Assembly (NCBI GenBank): GCA_030390025.1
Contig: CM059432.1
Location: 38,132,001 to 38,196,000 of the forward strand
Source of the DNA: Squalus acanthias
Lineage: Eukaryota
Direction of reading: 5' to 3'
DNA: 64,000 bases
Shown here: positions 60,879-64,000 of the stretch, one piece after another
Layout: each line of letters starts with the position of its first letter
Numbering within the stretch: position 1 is the stretch's first letter
The notes under the pieces: model-generated
What the model saw: only the letters and a program-made list of their open reading frames with translations
The model's database searches: none
Told to the model about the DNA's origin: nothing
Made by a program: the position numbers and the translations under genes

Positions 60879-62295
60879 GTGGACAGTCTCTGACTCATCC
60901 CTTTGAAGTCGGCCTTACCCAAATCTCGAATCTTAGTAGCTGTTTCGCATTTCTCCCTTTCAAACACTATGTTGAACTCGATCATATTATGATCGCTATT
61001 GGATAAATGTTCACGCACAGTTAGGCTGTTAACTAAATGTGGCTCATTACTCATTTCTAATTCTAATTCCTCTTGTTGCCTCTAGGACATATTGCTGTCG
61101 AAAACTATCCCTGACACTCTCAAGAAATTCATTACCTTTCTGACAAGTGCTAGTCTGCTTATCCCAATCAATATGAAAGTTAAAATCCCCCATTAAAACC
61201 ACACATGCTTGTCTAATCTCTGCATTTATACAATCTAGCACTTCACAGCTGCTACCAGGGGGCCTATACACAACTCCCACTACAGTCTTAAATCCTTTCC
61301 TATTCCTTAATTCTACCCATAAAGTCTCCACTGCCTGCTTACCTCTTGTTATATCCTCGCTTATCATTGAAGCGATTTCATCCTTAATCATGAAGACTAC
61401 TCCTCCCCCTCTACCATTTTCCCTATCTTTCCTGTTGACCTTATAACCTGGTATATTTAGTTCCCAGTCCTGACCACCTTGCAGCCATGTCGCAGTAATG
61501 GCTACCACGTTATACCTTCCAATTTGAATTTGCACCTGCAGTTCATTCAATTTATTGCTTATACTCCATGCGTTGGTATAAAGAATGCTTATTTGGGCAA
61601 TACACTCCAGCCTGTCCTTCAGCTCTAATGTTTTACTCACTTGTTTCTTATTTCTTGCTCCTGGTGTAATCACTTTACATCTTTTAGTTTTCCCTCTACA
61701 ATTTCTGACTGTTACTGTATTCTCTTCCCTTTCATTTGTTTTTGAACTACTATTTGTACTACAATTTTGACCTGAGCCTGTGAAGGTATAAGCCATATTC
61801 AGAAAAATACACCATTCTATGAAAGAATTCTAGCCTTATTAAAACATGACATACTGGGTTTGGAAATCTGAAGGTCTAACAATGGAGAAGCTGCAGCAGC
61901 ATTCAGGCTATTGAGATAAGATAAGTTGTTGACACTGAATCAATAACCTTATTGAAACAGGAGGTTGGAGGTTCCTGATAGTCTGAAGCTTTGGAAAGAA
62001 CACAATGGTACACCCTGTTAAGGTGTTTTAATTTACACTTTGGAAAGAAACACAGAAAATTAAGAAACATATGCCTTCGTAAAAATGACATCAAATGAAA
62101 CACAGGAGACATGATTCTGTGTTACAACCAGCTGAGGTAACTAAGAATTACATAGATCACCCTAGTTGAGGTGTTTTAATTTACACGTCGTAAAAAGACA
62201 CAAACAGAAGACCTTGGTAAAAATGACATCAAATAGATGCACCTGCTGTTACATCATTTTTATGGTGAGCTTCGAACACCTAGGGTAGAGACATA

Positions 62296-63174
62296 GGGGT
62301 AAAAATTCAGTTGGTTGCGCCTCCTGTTAGCGCCTTAAGAGGGCGCTAATGGGGCGCAAAGCCGCTAACGCCCGGGCGCAGCGATTTTTGCGCCGCTCGG
62401 GAACTTAACTAGAGATTGTGCGGCGGCGCTAAACTTTACCGCTGCGACCACCTGCACGCGCAGATTGTGACGTCATTCCATGGTGCAACGCCCTTGTGGC
62501 GCCCCGGAGCGTAAATTGAGTGGCGCCCCCTGCCTTACCGCCTGGCGCATCCAACGACCAGAAGACTGGAACGCTATCAATCGCTGTGGGGCTGGGGGGG
62601 GGGGCGCTATTTAAAGGGGGCCTCTTCCTGTCTTTTATTGTTGGTGGCATTTTTGAACTACGCATTCTGAGAGAGAGAGGGAGAGACTTCTGGAGAGATT
62701 CAACGTTGTGTGAAGGAGTTTTGGGGACTGAGCAGCACTTTGCAGGTTCATTTTGATTTGCCATTCCTTGTATCGATTTAGCAGAGACTGTGGGAGCTGC
62801 ACTCTGAGCTCTTTGCCTGGTACTCTCCATTGTTCTTTCCAGCACATTTGATGTGCAAGTCTCTCCAGGCCGAGATTCAAGGCTGCAATGAACAGGATGT
62901 GGATGGAAAGCAAGATTAACCATCCCCTTTAAGAACTGGCCCGTGCCATTGTGTGTGTGTTCCATTGCTGACTGACATTACATGAGCTTCGCCAGCGCTC
63001 TGAGTTGGCGCCTCACTCCTTGGCCTTTGCGCCTTAAGACAGGTGTGCAGCGCCTGATTTAGCGCTCCACTCACCTCCCGGGGCGGTAAAAGTGAAGTTT
63101 CCAGTCAGTGCCGATAATTAGCGCCAGGCGCTAATATTTGCGCCCCAAATGGGGCGCGACCTAATTTTTCCCCC
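62296..63174 (-). mobile_element. Harbinger MITE, reverse orientation
   Basis: TIRs, TSD ATA; reverse homolog of 47656-48548. Confidence 0.9.
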
Positions 63175-63204
63175 ATAATTCTTAATGCTACCAGCTGATC
63201 TGAC

Positions 63205-63937
63205 TGTAAGAATAGCAGGGGTCAGCAGAAAAATGACTAGAGATAATTAGTTTACATCAGCAGAAAACTTCAAAGGAAATACCACTGAAAAAGGATATAA
63301 ATATTGAACTTTCAAATGGGATGATAGTCTCGCTGTAAAGGGGCAAAGCGATTCTCAGCTTCAGAGGCAAGCTCTGTAAGTCTACAACTCTTTGTATCTC
63401 AGGGATCAAGGTATTGTACTGTATTTGATTTTGGTGGATATTCTGGAATAAACTAAGAACTGTAAAACTAGCGAAGTTAAGATTTGAGAATAAGAATCTC
63501 TGCTAATAGAATTGTAAGCTTTTTGTATTTGGAACTGTTAATGTTGCGATTGAAACACCTACTGTAATTACATGTCGGTTCTTTAATAAATCTATATATT
63601 TTTAGAATTATCTCACATAATACTTCTGTATCAAACTCGCGAACTCAATCTCTGTACGCTCCTTGGTGAGGAGTTGCAGAATTCTGGGGGAGTTATCCAG
63701 ACCCTCATAATATCTGGAACGTTACAGTCTAGCTAAACTTATTAAAAGTGCTATCTGGAGGACGGTAACATCTTCAGGTTGTTCCTTTCCTTTAGGGAGA
63801 GATAATCTGAACCCTTAGACCCAATTAAGGGTCTTTAGGATTCGGATACCTCAAACATTAGTTGAAAGTGAACATCTGGGGAATACACCTGATCTTGGGT
63901 AGCTCTAAATGGACTAGGACTAGTAATTATCCCTTCA
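63205..63937 (+). repeat. Probable LTR of a second LTR element (left boundary uncertain)
   Basis: TG start, TATAAA near 63297, AATAAA near 63447 and 63585, CA end followed by PBS. Confidence 0.5.
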
Positions 63938-63939
63938 GT

Positions 63940-63957
63940 TGGCGCCCAACGTGTGTG
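63940..63957 (+). promoter_or_regulatory. Primer-binding site for tRNA-Lys(CTT)
   Basis: TGGCGCCCAACGTG is a 14-nt match to the tRNA-Lys1,2 PBS, 2 nt after CA. Confidence 0.7.
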
Positions 63958-64000
63958 TTAATGAGTTGATACCGAACCTATACTTATATTTATATCTATA

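Larger units (their letters stand above)
53727..61780 (-). mobile_element. Old CR1 ORF2 copy fragmented by nested insertions
   Basis: Colinear pieces 61780-60879, 59175-58793, 58285-58240, 57090-55809, 54177-53727. Confidence 0.75.

Noticed and set aside
62020..62240. Imperfect local direct repeat of about 70 bp
   Set aside because: Looks like an old local duplication with no functional signal

Overview
Eukaryotic, transposon-saturated window, most likely from a cartilaginous fish: it carries HE1/V-SINE, SacSINE1/DeuSINE-like SINEs and HER1/CR1-type LINEs. No host gene could be recognised. It contains: (1) many CR1-clade LINE copies, one with an intact APE-RT ORF2 and partial esterase ORF1, and a deeply nested cluster at 53.7-61.8 kb; (2) a truncated endogenous retrovirus-like element (minus strand) with a 1.6-kb LTR, gag, an in-frame UGA-CUAG stop and pol (protease, RT, degenerate RNase H, retroviral RNase H, integrase start), plus a related solo LTR with a 4-bp TSD; (3) several PIF/Harbinger families, including a two-gene element (spliced Myb/SANT gene and DDE transposase) and many MITEs with 3-bp TSDs; (4) a tRNA-Met plus trailer fused to a V-SINE inside that Harbinger; (5) a Penelope-like remnant with a minimal hammerhead core; (6) a hAT MITE and a 1.8-kb C/A-rich minisatellite; (7) a probable LTR with a tRNA-Lys PBS at the right edge. 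Family names come from recalled motifs, not database searches. Boundaries of old repeats are approximate.
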